Assembly (NCBI RefSeq): GCF_963853765.1
Contig: NC_088860.1
Location: 992,001-1,056,000 of the forward strand
Length of the DNA: 64,000 nt
From: Magallana gigas
Taxonomy: Eukaryota
Direction: 5' to 3'
Numbering within the stretch: the stretch's first letter is position 1; every line of letters starts with the position of its first letter. Below, one piece after another: positions 52,749 to 64,000 of the stretch. A model generated the notes under the pieces. It was not told where the DNA came from and searched no databases. It worked only from the letters and a program-made list of their open reading frames with translations. The translations under genes were made by a program, and so were the position numbers.

Positions 52749-53008
52749 AGTACACCATTGAGGGAGTCAGCAAGATTCCAGTTCCCCTCAACCTAGCCTA
52801 TTTTGTTCGGCTTCGCCTCCGGGAATAGACCTGCTCTCGGGGATCTGGCCCCGGGGCCATAAAACTTAGACTAGCTTACTTTTGATCTCAGTCTCACTTT
52901 TACAAAAGGATTATATAGTGGGAAAGTGAGACTCAGATCAAAAGCAACCTCGTCTAGGTTTTATGGCACTAGGGCCTGGAATGTTGCTGACTCCCTCAAT
53001 GGTATACT
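52749..53008. mobile_element. Fold-back MITE (TTAA-type) with nested internal inverted repeat
   Basis: TIR AGTAYACCATTGAGGGAGTCAGCAASATTCCAG, flanks TTTA/TTAA; second inverted pair at ~52855-52900 and ~52920-52970. Confidence 0.65.
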
Positions 53009-54019
53009 TTAATTGTATACTTTCTTCTGTAAAATATTATAAGTTTATAAAACTAAAGACGATGTACAAATACGCATCGTGTATTGTAACCTTGTTGTTT
53101 AATGTATAATCTATGATTTGAGCTGAGAATGTGTGCAGCATCAATGGTAAACTGTACTGTTGGAAAACAATTTCTTTTTACCAAGAATAATTTTTATGAA
53201 CTATGAATACCTTGATATTCTAGAAGATTTTGACGAGATTCACATTTTTTTTATTTTACCAAAATATTAAGCAGATGTAGTTGCAAAATTACACATCAGG
53301 AACCGCCCACAAGCACCTAACGTTATATATTTTCCTATAATAAAAAATATATACCCTCTACCTTTTAATACACAAGGAATACATCGCCACCATCTTGGAT
53401 TTATTTAATCTGTCACATCAGCTGAAAGTTTTGCATTAAACTAATCGTTAACTGTTTTTGCAATCCTCTCCATCTACCAATCGGCTCTTCAACATTTAAG
53501 CTTACAATCGATCTTAGATCATTCAGAGACTATAGGGGATTTTTTGAATTACAAATACTGAATTTTATGAATATTCTTTAAAACAATTTGGCAAGCTTGT
53601 TTTTCCAAATGATCAGATGTGTTGTACAGAAGTGTATTGCCTACCTTATAGTATCTAGATACCTCAATCTGAAATAAGTAGTTGCTAATAACCCTAACAT
53701 TATTGACGTTTAATTATACACCAGCAGTATAAATAATTCATACGCCTGAAGTGAAAAAATAATGAATATTTTGAAAATCAGTACAAGTTTTGTTTGGTAT
53801 ATATCTAAATGGATGAGAATTTTATTTCGTGTGGAATTAAATAGCGACAAGCGTACCAATAGAAATCGAGAACTTATATTGTGGGATTCGGAGATAAAAG
53901 GGGGATAATGCGTGTTTCAAAATTCATGTCAACCTTAACACACGTTGTCAATCAAGCGTATAGAGAACAGATAGCAACTGATATAAATACCGACTGTTAA
54001 AGTTACAAGATCCTTACTC

Positions 54020-54031
54020 GAAACCGAAACT
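54020..54031 (+). promoter_or_regulatory. ISRE GAAACCGAAACT upstream of HSPA12-C
   Basis: Matches the classical ISRE core ~48 bp before the ATG; positional homologues in copies A and B. Confidence 0.55.
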
Positions 54032-54078
54032 AGCTATACAGTTGTATAATATTCTGTGGATGTTTTTTATGTTTCGTA

Positions 54079-57000
54079 ATGGATGAACATTTCAGTCCCT
54101 GGCCCGTTGTGTGCGCCATTGACTTTGGGACGACATACAGTGGCTATGCTTATTCAATGCGACCAGACTATGAGAGACATCCGTTGAACATCGAATCATA
54201 TCAATGGCACAGCAAAGAAATGACGACACTCAAAACACCGACCACCATTTTGTTCGATAAGGCGGGAAACTTTCACTCTTTTGGGTACGAGGCAGAAAAG
54301 AAATATGCAGAGTTAGCGGAGAGAGCCCAGGAAGAAGATGGTGACGAAAGTGTTGACAGTGACGACGAAAATGACGAAGGTAAAATTGCTGAATGGCTTT
54401 ATTTCAGAAGATTTAAAATGAAACTGTACCGGAATTATTTGGTCAGTTCGTGTATCTATGTTTATTAAACGTTATAATATGTTCACTAACAAAAACATTG
54501 GAAAAATTATACTTTGATCGAAAGGCTTATGGTTAGCATTTTTTAAAAAATTTTACAAGTATAAAACGCAATACAAAAATTATGTTTGAATGCATCTTTC
54601 AGGATTAAATTTTTTTAATTATTCAGTTTAAGAATTTTAATTAAACAACATATCCTAAATATATGAAATACTTGTTTCTTTTTCATTGAGATAGTTTATT
54701 TATAAATCATTTATAAAGGACGTGCTTAAACAGTGTTGCTAGCAGCTCAGATCGCATTTGGTTGCAAATCTAGTTATTTATTTACTAGACTTTTACCCGT
54801 GCGTGCGCGGGTTGACATTGCATATCGGACATTTCCGAAATAGATACATCGACACACCGTATTGTTGACATTTACAGAACAAAGCTATAAGCATATAATC
54901 ATAATGCTATTAATTCAAATACTCTTTTTATTAAGAATAATCTAACTGTGTCTCTGGACAGGCCATCACTACAACCGTAATGTAACAGATAATTGCAGAA
55001 TCGCTCCGAAACGATATTGGGGAAAATTTATTAATTTTTATTAAAAATAACTGTCAAATTAATTATAAAAACCCTTTTGGGGCTGTAAATACCTTTCATC
55101 AAAAAATTCAATTTATATTATTGAAGAATTCATCACTTTTTTACCAACGGTTTTACTCGCTTCAAATTTACACAGCATGTTGACATTCGGAACTTTCGGG
55201 AATTTTCAAAGTAAATGCACGGCGTTAGCGTTATCTCCCGTATTTTCTTTGCTAAAGAGACAATACACGGAACGCATTCAAACGATAAACCGGGTCCATA
55301 GGACATTTATCAATTTAACGATAGAACATTCTTTCTACACACTCCTAAGAAATATAAGATTTTTTTTGCATGGAATCAAATATCTCTTTGCCATCATGAA
55401 GACAAAAGTAAGGACTAAGTTTATATGTATTTGTTATTTTATAATTTCTCTCATATAAAAATCCTAAATATATATAAACAGAGTATATAGCAAATTTCCA
55501 ATGAAAAATTTACACGTATTTGTATTAACGTTTCTGAGTTTATCCATTCAAATGTGATATTGTGGGAATTAGCCTGAATGTAATGCGCATGTGCAAGATT
55601 GCATTATCCAAAAAATCCAGATGATTTCCGGAATATTTTGAGGAATTTTCGTTCATTATCAGTTAGCGAAGCTTAAATGAGAAAAAAAGAACAAATTGGT
55701 AATTTTCAAGTACTAATGATGTTTAAAATATATAAAACAAAAGACAGTACTCTTCATATTTATTGGTATTAAAGACCAACAATCCGAGACTATTATTTTA
55801 TTATAGTAGTATAGATAGTCTGGAATAAAATCATGAAGAAATGTTATTGAATTCAAATTGCAATATTTATGAAAGGATCCTGAGGTCCGCGCAGAAAATA
55901 TATAAGCGAGGTTAAACCGGATGCTATGGGAAAAATTCAGCCTGCGCATGAGCTAGCCTGGTTCCTGTGCGTAATGGGTAGCCCAGGGAACCAGGCTAGC
56001 ACTTGTTTATCTGAATCGGGATCGGGATCCCATGCCATATGCACACATAAATTCAAAGGCGCTGTAATTGTAAAGTTGTCGGTAAACAGTAGTCAGTAAA
56101 GAAACAAAGTTTTTAAAGAAATAATGTACATGTGATATGAACTGCCAGTATTATGAAATAAGTTAACGTTATGCGGAAACTACAACATGCATCAAATAGC
56201 ATATAAATTTGCAATGTTTTGTTGTTTTCCGTATACACATGTAACTTAACTTCACTTTTATAGTAGTCAATGCTATATGCTAAAGTACTTCCCGATTAAA
56301 TTTTTTTAAGCATTTAAGTGTGATTGAATAATTATGTCACTTTATGAAAGTTTAAATCTCAAGAAAAATGCATGAAATTATGAAATTAATTTAAACAAAG
56401 ATATCACTGCATAGTTAACAAAGTAGTGCGAATCGTAATGTGTAATAGTAGAATTCGCCGAATGCCTGATACTATACATGCATACTTCATTAATAGATAG
56501 ATCATAATTATTTTCATATTCCAAAGTCAAGGGTTCTCTCAACGCTATGCGAATCAGAAACCCTTGACTTGGGAAGAATTATTTTGAAGTATGAACCCTT
56601 TAAATACTGAGATAAAAATCAGGGCTATACATATACGTAATCTAACGTACAAATTACGTGGTTAAAAGCAGGGGGCTAGAGTGGGTTGAATCTCTGATAA
56701 TCTTAAGGCTTTCACGTTTTCGTTGGAAACACATGCAAATGGTCCACGTATTGTAGTCCTTTTTTTTAAGGACAGCAACTTGTTTGTACTAAATATTTGT
56801 TGTTGGGAAAACAAGTCTATCTTATAACGTTCATGCGTATGGATAGGCGAGCACAGATAAATGAATATTATTGTAGAAATACTAATAACTGATTTGTCTT
56901 TAATTGATTTTCAGATGCAAAAGCGAAAACTAAAGTTTTTGAAACTTAGTGCTGAAAATGGCAAAAAACTGCTAGCTTTTAAGGTCTTTTCAGAGGCAAT

Positions 57001-58748
57001 AAAGTTTCTGAAAAACCATTTTGAAGGCTTGCTGAAAAAATCAACAGTGACAGAACATGATGGCCATTCCAATCGTTTTTATTCCTCGGCGGAAAACGGT
57101 AATGAGAGTTAAAAGAATTTTAATTCGTCAAAAGATAAAAAAAAAAGAATTATACTGTGTCCACAGGTAATTAGGAACGCTCTTCTCTTATTGTAGCAGA
57201 GAGCAGTGAATCACCATGGTCAGACGACATTTTGTGGGTCCTAACGGTTCCTGCAATTTGGTCTGACCAAGCGAAACAGTTCATGCGAGAAGCAGCTATA
57301 CAGGTTTGTATAATATTCTTTGTAGTGTTTTAGGATTTAATTTGTTGATTGGTAGTTCATTAGTTTTTCCCTTGTGTTTAGGCTGGTATTAAAGACAATA
57401 ACTTAGTTCTGGCGTTAGAACCAGAGTCCGCAGCTTTGCTCTGTAAGCAGTTAGCGCTTATCAAAAGAACCGACGATATCAGTGTACGGACTTTTAAACC
57501 TGGTAACAAGTTCATGGTTGTGGATTGTGGGGGTAAGTCAAATTTTTAGTCATTGTTATCAAATCAGCCCATTAGTATTTCATTTTTGATGATAAAGCCA
57601 CGTCATTGTCTTTTTTCAAAGGGGGAACAGTTGACGTTACATCTTATTGCGTTGAGGATGGCCAATCTCTGAGGGAGTTACACTGTGCTTCTGGAAAAAA
57701 TGTCGGAGGAACTAACGTGGACGACCTTTTCTTCGAACTTCTTAATGACATATTTGGGGAGAAGATTGTAAATGAATTTAAGAATAATTCTCCATCAGAC
57801 TGGCTAGAAATGTGGAGAGGTTTTGAGGTTAATAAACGTAACATTGGGCACAACAATCCAGACGAATTGATTACGTTTTCACACTTCAATATGCTATTTG
57901 AGAAATTCAAGAAGGCAAACAAAAGCAGAGAAAATTCAGTTAAAATTAGGTTGCAAGAAATGGAACTGAGTAATAAGATAAAATGTAAAGATCCAAAGCT
58001 GCGCATTAAAGAATCGTATTTTACAGACACAGTTTTTGCTGGCCCAATCAAAGATATTGTAAAACACTTGAAGAATTTGTTTACAGAGAAAGAAGTGGAA
58101 GATATTGATATCATATTGCTTGTTGGGGGATTCTCCGAATGTCCAATGCTTCTAAAAGAAATACAGATGGAGTTTCCAAACAAGGCAATTGTTAATCCGC
58201 GAGAGGGCAGCACTGCCGTGATGAAGGGAGCAGTGTTGTTTGGACACAGTGCTGAGATTATAGCTCGAAAAAGGATAGAACAGGGGCATCAGCTGGATAA
58301 TTTTAGCGAGTTCCCTAATTGTGTAGTTCGGAGGAGTGGGGGTTACTATGGTGTCGCCGCCGATCTCCCCTTTGTCGATGGTGAACACCCTCTGGTTTGT
58401 AAATATACCAATGAAGAGGGAAAAACGATATGTTCGGGCATTTTTGATTGCCTAATAAAACGAAATCAAGAGCTTGAAATAGGGAAGACAAGCATAGAGA
58501 AGACATTTAGATCGTTTAATTCTTCCCTGATAAGTGTAGAAATTTATCACTCAAACAGAGAGGTGCAGTACTGTCACGAAGAAGGATGCGAGAAAATCGG
58601 TCACATTCTTGTCAGGGTTTCTGATGATTCACGTGACAAAAGATTGTTCAAATTCAAGCTACATTTTGGTTTCACGGAAATAATTGCAACAGCCATTGAT
58701 TTAAAAACACACGAATTGTGGAAAGCCAAACTCGATTTTCTTTCGTAG
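54079..58748 (+). CDS. HSPA12: Heat shock 70 kDa protein 12-like, copy C (~643 aa, more diverged)
   Basis: Exons 54079-54441, 56915-57098, 57197-57303, 57382-57532, 57622-58748 (1932 nt, in frame). Same HSPA12 motifs; needs an extra 98-nt phase-1 intron (57099-57196) to avoid the stop at 57110-57112. Confidence 0.88.
54785..54812 (-). mobile_element. Helitron-type 3' terminus (hairpin + CTAG) in HSPA12-C intron 1
   Basis: Minus strand reads ACCCGCGCACGCACGGGT-AAAAGT-CTAG-T. 5' end not located. Confidence 0.55.
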
Positions 58749-60533
58749 CACACAATCTTACACGACGTTCTAAAGATAAAATCGGTAGCCTTAGTATTTT
58801 AAATCTATCTCAAATGTAACTAAGTATATGATATTTAGAAAAAGTTACAGATGGTTGCAATTGTTTTGAGATCAACGCATTTATAGTCACTGACTTCCTT
58901 GATCTATGCGTTTTTGTACAAATATAACTTATATTCTTTTAATATTTTTGCAAGGTAATTAGCTATTGTCCAAATCAGTTATGACATATTTCGCGAAAAA
59001 TATGAATTACATAGGTAAGCTAATCCTGAGTTAGCGACAAAGGATAGTTTCGCACGAGAGACCAGTTGTTAAAATTTTGCTCAAAAATAGGTTTTAATTG
59101 TTATTTTTTTGTACCTGCACTGAACAAAAACAATAAACACCAAAAACAAAATAAATATTTATTTTTTGCATTTGCGTTCTTGCATTACAGAAAGTCACTC
59201 CCACACAATTTTGCTATATTCAAGATCAATATTCTGCAGTATTCAAAGTTTGAACGTCAGAATGAATATATATCAAACACAACTTACCGACAACACCTTA
59301 AGCCCCGCCCCTATCTCTTATTGGCGTTTCCACCAAAGAAAATAATTTTATTCTAATTCACCGAGTTTTACCGAAAAAAATTTATATTTCCTATGTTTTC
59401 GTTGCTAAAATATTGTCGAAAACTTACGACCTGCCCGTAGATATTTACTGTCTTGTGAAACTTTCATCAATTTTGTAGATATCTATTCTTTCCAATTCAA
59501 AAAGAATATAGAATTAAAGTCATGAAAATCTTTTTACAAACAACAATTAGTTTTCTTATCTATCATTATAATTTCTACAATCAAAAAATAAAAGCAAATT
59601 ATATTGGGTTCATATACCAGTATTTTAATACAGTTGTCGTAACCGACACATAGAAATGTAAAGAGCAAACTTATATTTGATTCTTACATGTACTTCTAGT
59701 TTTAAGTCAATTTACAATAATAGCAACGCATGTAAATTTAATAAATAATGCGAATTTAAACTCACAACTACATATTATGTAAGGATAAAAGCTTTAATCG
59801 TAGGAATATACAGATCAAAACTAAGGTTTTTGTGGAAAAGGTATAATAATTTACTGAAAATGACATAATTTGGTTGAAAATATGAAATATGATTAACTTG
59901 TGTTTATGCATAAAAATGCGTAAATTTGTTATTAAAGAAGTTGTTAAAAATTGCATAAAAATTAGTAAAAATCTTCAAAACAGGAAATACCCTATTCTAT
60001 TGAAAGAAATAAACACTTTCTGTGTAAAGAATGTCACGGAATTAGTTTTATTTTTAGTTTTGCTAAAAAGTAAGACAAACGTTTATCAATCTGATTAAAA
60101 TCAGGTCCTTTGATCCGCTCACAAAGATCGACACAGAACACAAGGCAACGGTGATTTCTATTTGCGGGAGATACCCGTCGACCACAGTTAATGGTTATCC
60201 AATCAATAAGAAATCGTTATTATTTTGTGGTCAACAAAAATTTAAGATAACAGGTTAGCGGACACAGTGCCACGCTTGGATGTAAGAAATAAACTAATGT
60301 TAGGGAGGTTGGCACCTGAAATACTAGTAATGTCAACCATCTAAAACATAATGGATATAAAGATGGGGACCTAACATGTTCATTTCTTTAATTTGTGACC
60401 CATATCACATGCTATTTTTTGGAAATATGGGGTTCCAAATAGAAATGATAATTTTCCTAAAATTTTTGATTTAATTTGCCAGGAAATTGATCATTTGAAG
60501 ATATTAAACAAATATTTATATTTTAAACACATA

Positions 60534-61700
60534 TTATACCCACACTTTCTAAAGAAAGTTACCCTGTTCCGTCCGTCCGTCTGTCACGTTTTACTTTCTC
60601 AAACATCTTATAAGCCAGCAACCTGAACTCTTGGAGTTTGATTTGGGATATCACGTTGTTTAAAAAAAAAGGTTTCAAAAATTCTCTGGTAGTCCTGGGG
60701 GTCAAATAATTGATAAAAATGATGTTTTTTCACAAAAAACCTTCTTCCTCGAACTCCTCCTACATTTTCAACAGTAGACAAATCATCTCTTGGTATATGT
60801 TTTAGGGTATCCTATAGATGCGCAATAAGGTTTCGGAACTTTCAATTTTGCCTTGGGGGTCATTTAATGGCTGAAAAATGACTTTAAAAAAAACTGGTTT
60901 CAAAAACGACATTTTTTTGCAGTAGCCAAATGATCTTTTAGAATATGATTGGGGTGTCATTTTGAAATTTGATCAGGTTCCAGAATGTTGTTTTATTAAG
61001 GGGATCAACAATGACGTTTTTTGCAAAAAGGGTAAGGTTCACAGAACTTCTCTTACATCTTTTGGAGTAGCTACGTCATCTCTTTAGATATGATAGATGC
61101 TGTCCTATAGATGTGCAATAAAGTTTTAAAGATTTAGATTTCATTCAGGGAGTCAAGTAGTAGCAGAAAACTGACGTTTATCACTAAAAAAAACCCCCTT
61201 ACATTTACACTTATCTTCATTGACAAATGATCTATTAAATCAAAATATAATATGGGGTCTAAAAAGTTTTAAAAACTGGTAAAAAGTGTTTTTCTTTAAA
61301 AAAAAAAATATCACATTACACGTTGCATTATTGACAAAAGATTTATTTAGATATGATCAAAAGTCATATTTCTACCAGGGGATCAATAACTGATTTATGT
61401 AAATCATTAACAATATTTCTTAAATTAAGAGAGTAAAATAGAAGCAGAAAATTGACGTTTATCATTAAAACAAAAATAATAAAAAAACACCTTAAATTTA
61501 CACTTTTCTTAATTGTCCAATGATCTAGTAAAAACAAAATATAATTTTGGGGCTATGAAAGTTTTACAAACTGGTAAAAAATGTTTTTCATAAAAAAAAT
61601 CACATTTCATGTTGCAAATTGACAAATGATCTAATGAGATACGATCAAAAGTCATATTTCTACCTGGGGGTCAATAACTAATATTCATGTTAAAATTTAT
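60534..61700 (+). mobile_element. Probable truncated HINE-like element with ~150/280-bp internal repeats
   Basis: TTATACCCAC head, CCGT microsatellite at ~60568-60582, diverged GGGGGTCA-containing monomers and a ~280-bp direct repeat (~61160 vs ~61440). 3' end not identified. Confidence 0.5.
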
Positions 61701-63120
61701 AACAATAACTGATACAAATTAAATGTTTATACTCCACATCAACCACCCCCCCCCCAAACAAACGTGGTTCTAAATATTTAGTCTTCTCACATTCTTACAT
61801 GTGTACAGTAGCAAATTTTAAATCATTTCTTGATTGCTCTTTTTTAAGATAAAATACTTTATTATTTCCAGTTCTAGAATATCAGGGTATCCCAAAGGGG
61901 CTTTACCTATATGTCATTTGATGCACAATGACACAGTTCAAAGAGCAAGAATAAATAAAGTTTAAGGATGGGGATCTCAAAAGTTATCAAAATGCATAGT
62001 GTTTCATTATTTCCTATTTCAGACGGGAAGGTGGTTTAAAGACAACAACTGGGGGTTATGTACTATGCACCATTTGATGCATTATAATGACATATTAGAA
62101 GATGTTTTGCATTGTCCTGTTTTATGGGGTCAGAAAAATCCCACAAGGTCATGACCTACATTGTATCTGATGCATAATAATACATAGGAAATGAAATATC
62201 CCTTCATTCCTATTATATCTCATATAAACATGATAAGTTTCTACTTTTACTTACATGTAATACGCATTTATACAAAACTGTCACAGGTTCAATATGGGCT
62301 CAACTCAATAGTTTAAGTCTGACAAATGAAAAAAAAAAATTGCAATTAAAATGACAGACACTGTACAAATGTGATATGATAGGTAACGATGATAAGCTTA
62401 TTTAAATACTAAAAGATGATGTTACAGTTTGCTGGCAAAGGGAGGTCACTTTTTTAAAAGTGAAAGTAAAACTTATGTACAAACCGGTGTGTCATAATAT
62501 TGTGCTACTATACATGTATTATGCTTACCTATATAATTGGTCAACATCATAATGATAATCCAGTTAGAGCACAATATTAATCACTTTAGCTGATCATCAC
62601 AAAAAGAAACGTAAATGCATGTTAACTAATCCTTTTCTGCATATGGAAAACACATACCGGTATGTACACCACGTGAAACGCATCTAACCAAAGAGCTGGG
62701 TAAATTTAGTACCCGATAATGCGACCTGCAGATATGTGTTGTGCATGTAACTTCAGACAATTATCAGTTATTTGTAACATACATGTATTGTTATGACCTA
62801 TTCTTCATGATTCCTTGAACTATTTTATTAGGTAAAGAACTATGTAAAGCACACATTTCAGCTTTAAGCAGAACACCTGCCTATTGTGATGTATACTCTC
62901 TATTGAAATAATAAAGTATAAATTTAATATTTTCCCCCTAAATAATGTTACCTAATAGTGAAGCGCAATGGGTTAGAGCGTTTACATGTTTGTGAGGGCA
63001 TTGGGATCCGAGGTGTCTTTTTGGTAATTTTACTACATTATGTATTGATGAAATGAATTTAAGGGGAGGGTCTTAACCCCTCACTTTTACCACTTCTCTA
63101 AAATTGTGCGCACGATGTTG

Positions 63121-64000
63121 TACATGTAGGCACACAGAAGCAAATCTTAAGAAGGCAACCGCCGAGTGGAGGGGGCATACTTTTATTTTGTTTGGTATAG
63201 TCATATAGACCATTATACTTTCCATGACATGAAATGTTAAGATTATTGATTAACTTAGATTTCACATGCAAACAATTCAACCCCAAACTGTACATAAAAT
63301 GCCGCTTGCGTATTTTCATATGGTAAAGGGATCTCATCTTTTCTGAAAGTTATAATTTTTAAATATATTACCAAAACTTGCATGTGGGCTTCATTTTTAC
63401 ATAATCTGGTACAAAACAGTGTTATTTAGGGGCAAACACTTGGTGCGAGTATTACTGTCTAATGACAGCATCTAGTTTTTCTTGTCATTGTCTTACATCA
63501 TTTAATCCAATACAATAAATATATGCAGTTGCAAAATTCTAACAATTTTTTGTGCTATAGTACCTTTTATCTATTAACAGTTCTCTTCGCATATTGTTTC
63601 AACGCTCTAAGCCCAGTGCTATTTGATCCCAACTTGAATACGTGTGTAGTTTTTTATTACATGTGGAGCGAAAAAATGCTGATCAACTGTGAATACACGT
63701 ATCATATTTCCACTTAAAACGAAAGTAGCTGAAAAACTAGTATATAATGGCGAGTTTGTCCTTTTCTTAATGGAAAACAACATACATGTAGGCACACAGA
63801 AGCAAATTTTAAGAAGGCAACCGCCGAGTGGAGGGGGCATACTTTTATTTTGTTTGGTATAGTCATATAGACCATTATACTTTCCATGACATGAAATGTT
63901 AAGATTATTGATTAACTTAGATTTCACATGCAAACAATTCAACCCCAAACTGTACATAAAATGCCGCTTGTGTATTTTCATATGGTAAAGGGATCTCATC
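63121..64000 (+). repeat. Near-identical direct repeat, period 662 bp, running off the right edge
   Basis: 63121-63338 matches 63783-64000 with only a few substitutions. Confidence 0.85.

Noticed and set aside
55952-56000. 14-bp inverted repeat GCTAGCCTGGTTCC...GGAACCAGGCTAGC
   Set aside because: Probably a tiny MITE remnant; no convincing TSD or function, so not called as a feature.
29575-58506. Antisense ORFs over HSPA12 and NHL exons (e.g. 29579-29947, 42921-43289, 48967-49431, 57644-58213)
   Set aside because: Shadows of the sense coding sequence; recurrence across paralogues is explained by duplication.

Overview
AT-rich, intron-containing eukaryotic DNA. The HSPA12 array, B-box/NHL gene, Helentron-type elements and a ~166-bp satellite point to a bivalve, most likely a Crassostrea/Magallana oyster (inferred, not confirmed). 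Left to right: (1) a minus-strand type II phosphatidylinositol 4-kinase (PI4K2) that runs off the left edge and has two alternative coding first exons (13303-13587 and 4643-4876), each with its own glycine-rich ATP loop; (2) a complete 21-exon TCERG1/CA150 (13904-24103, ~995 aa) head-to-head with it; (3) a head-to-tail segmental duplication (25372-35190 and 35195-47001), each unit holding an HSPA12-like gene; (4) a B-box/coiled-coil gene that appears to splice two NHL propeller modules (48320-51639); (5) an internally deleted HSPA12 relic and a third, more diverged HSPA12 gene with an intron that aligns to exon sequence of its paralogues. Many non-autonomous elements are interspersed. The most interesting signal is regulatory. 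IRF/ISRE-type motifs sit at the homologous position just upstream of all three HSPA12 genes, and an ISRE plus an NF-kB site lie upstream of the internal PI4K2 first exon, which suggests an infection-inducible module including an isoform-switched lipid kinase (hypothesis). All exon boundaries, alignments and counts were done by eye; no database searches were run.
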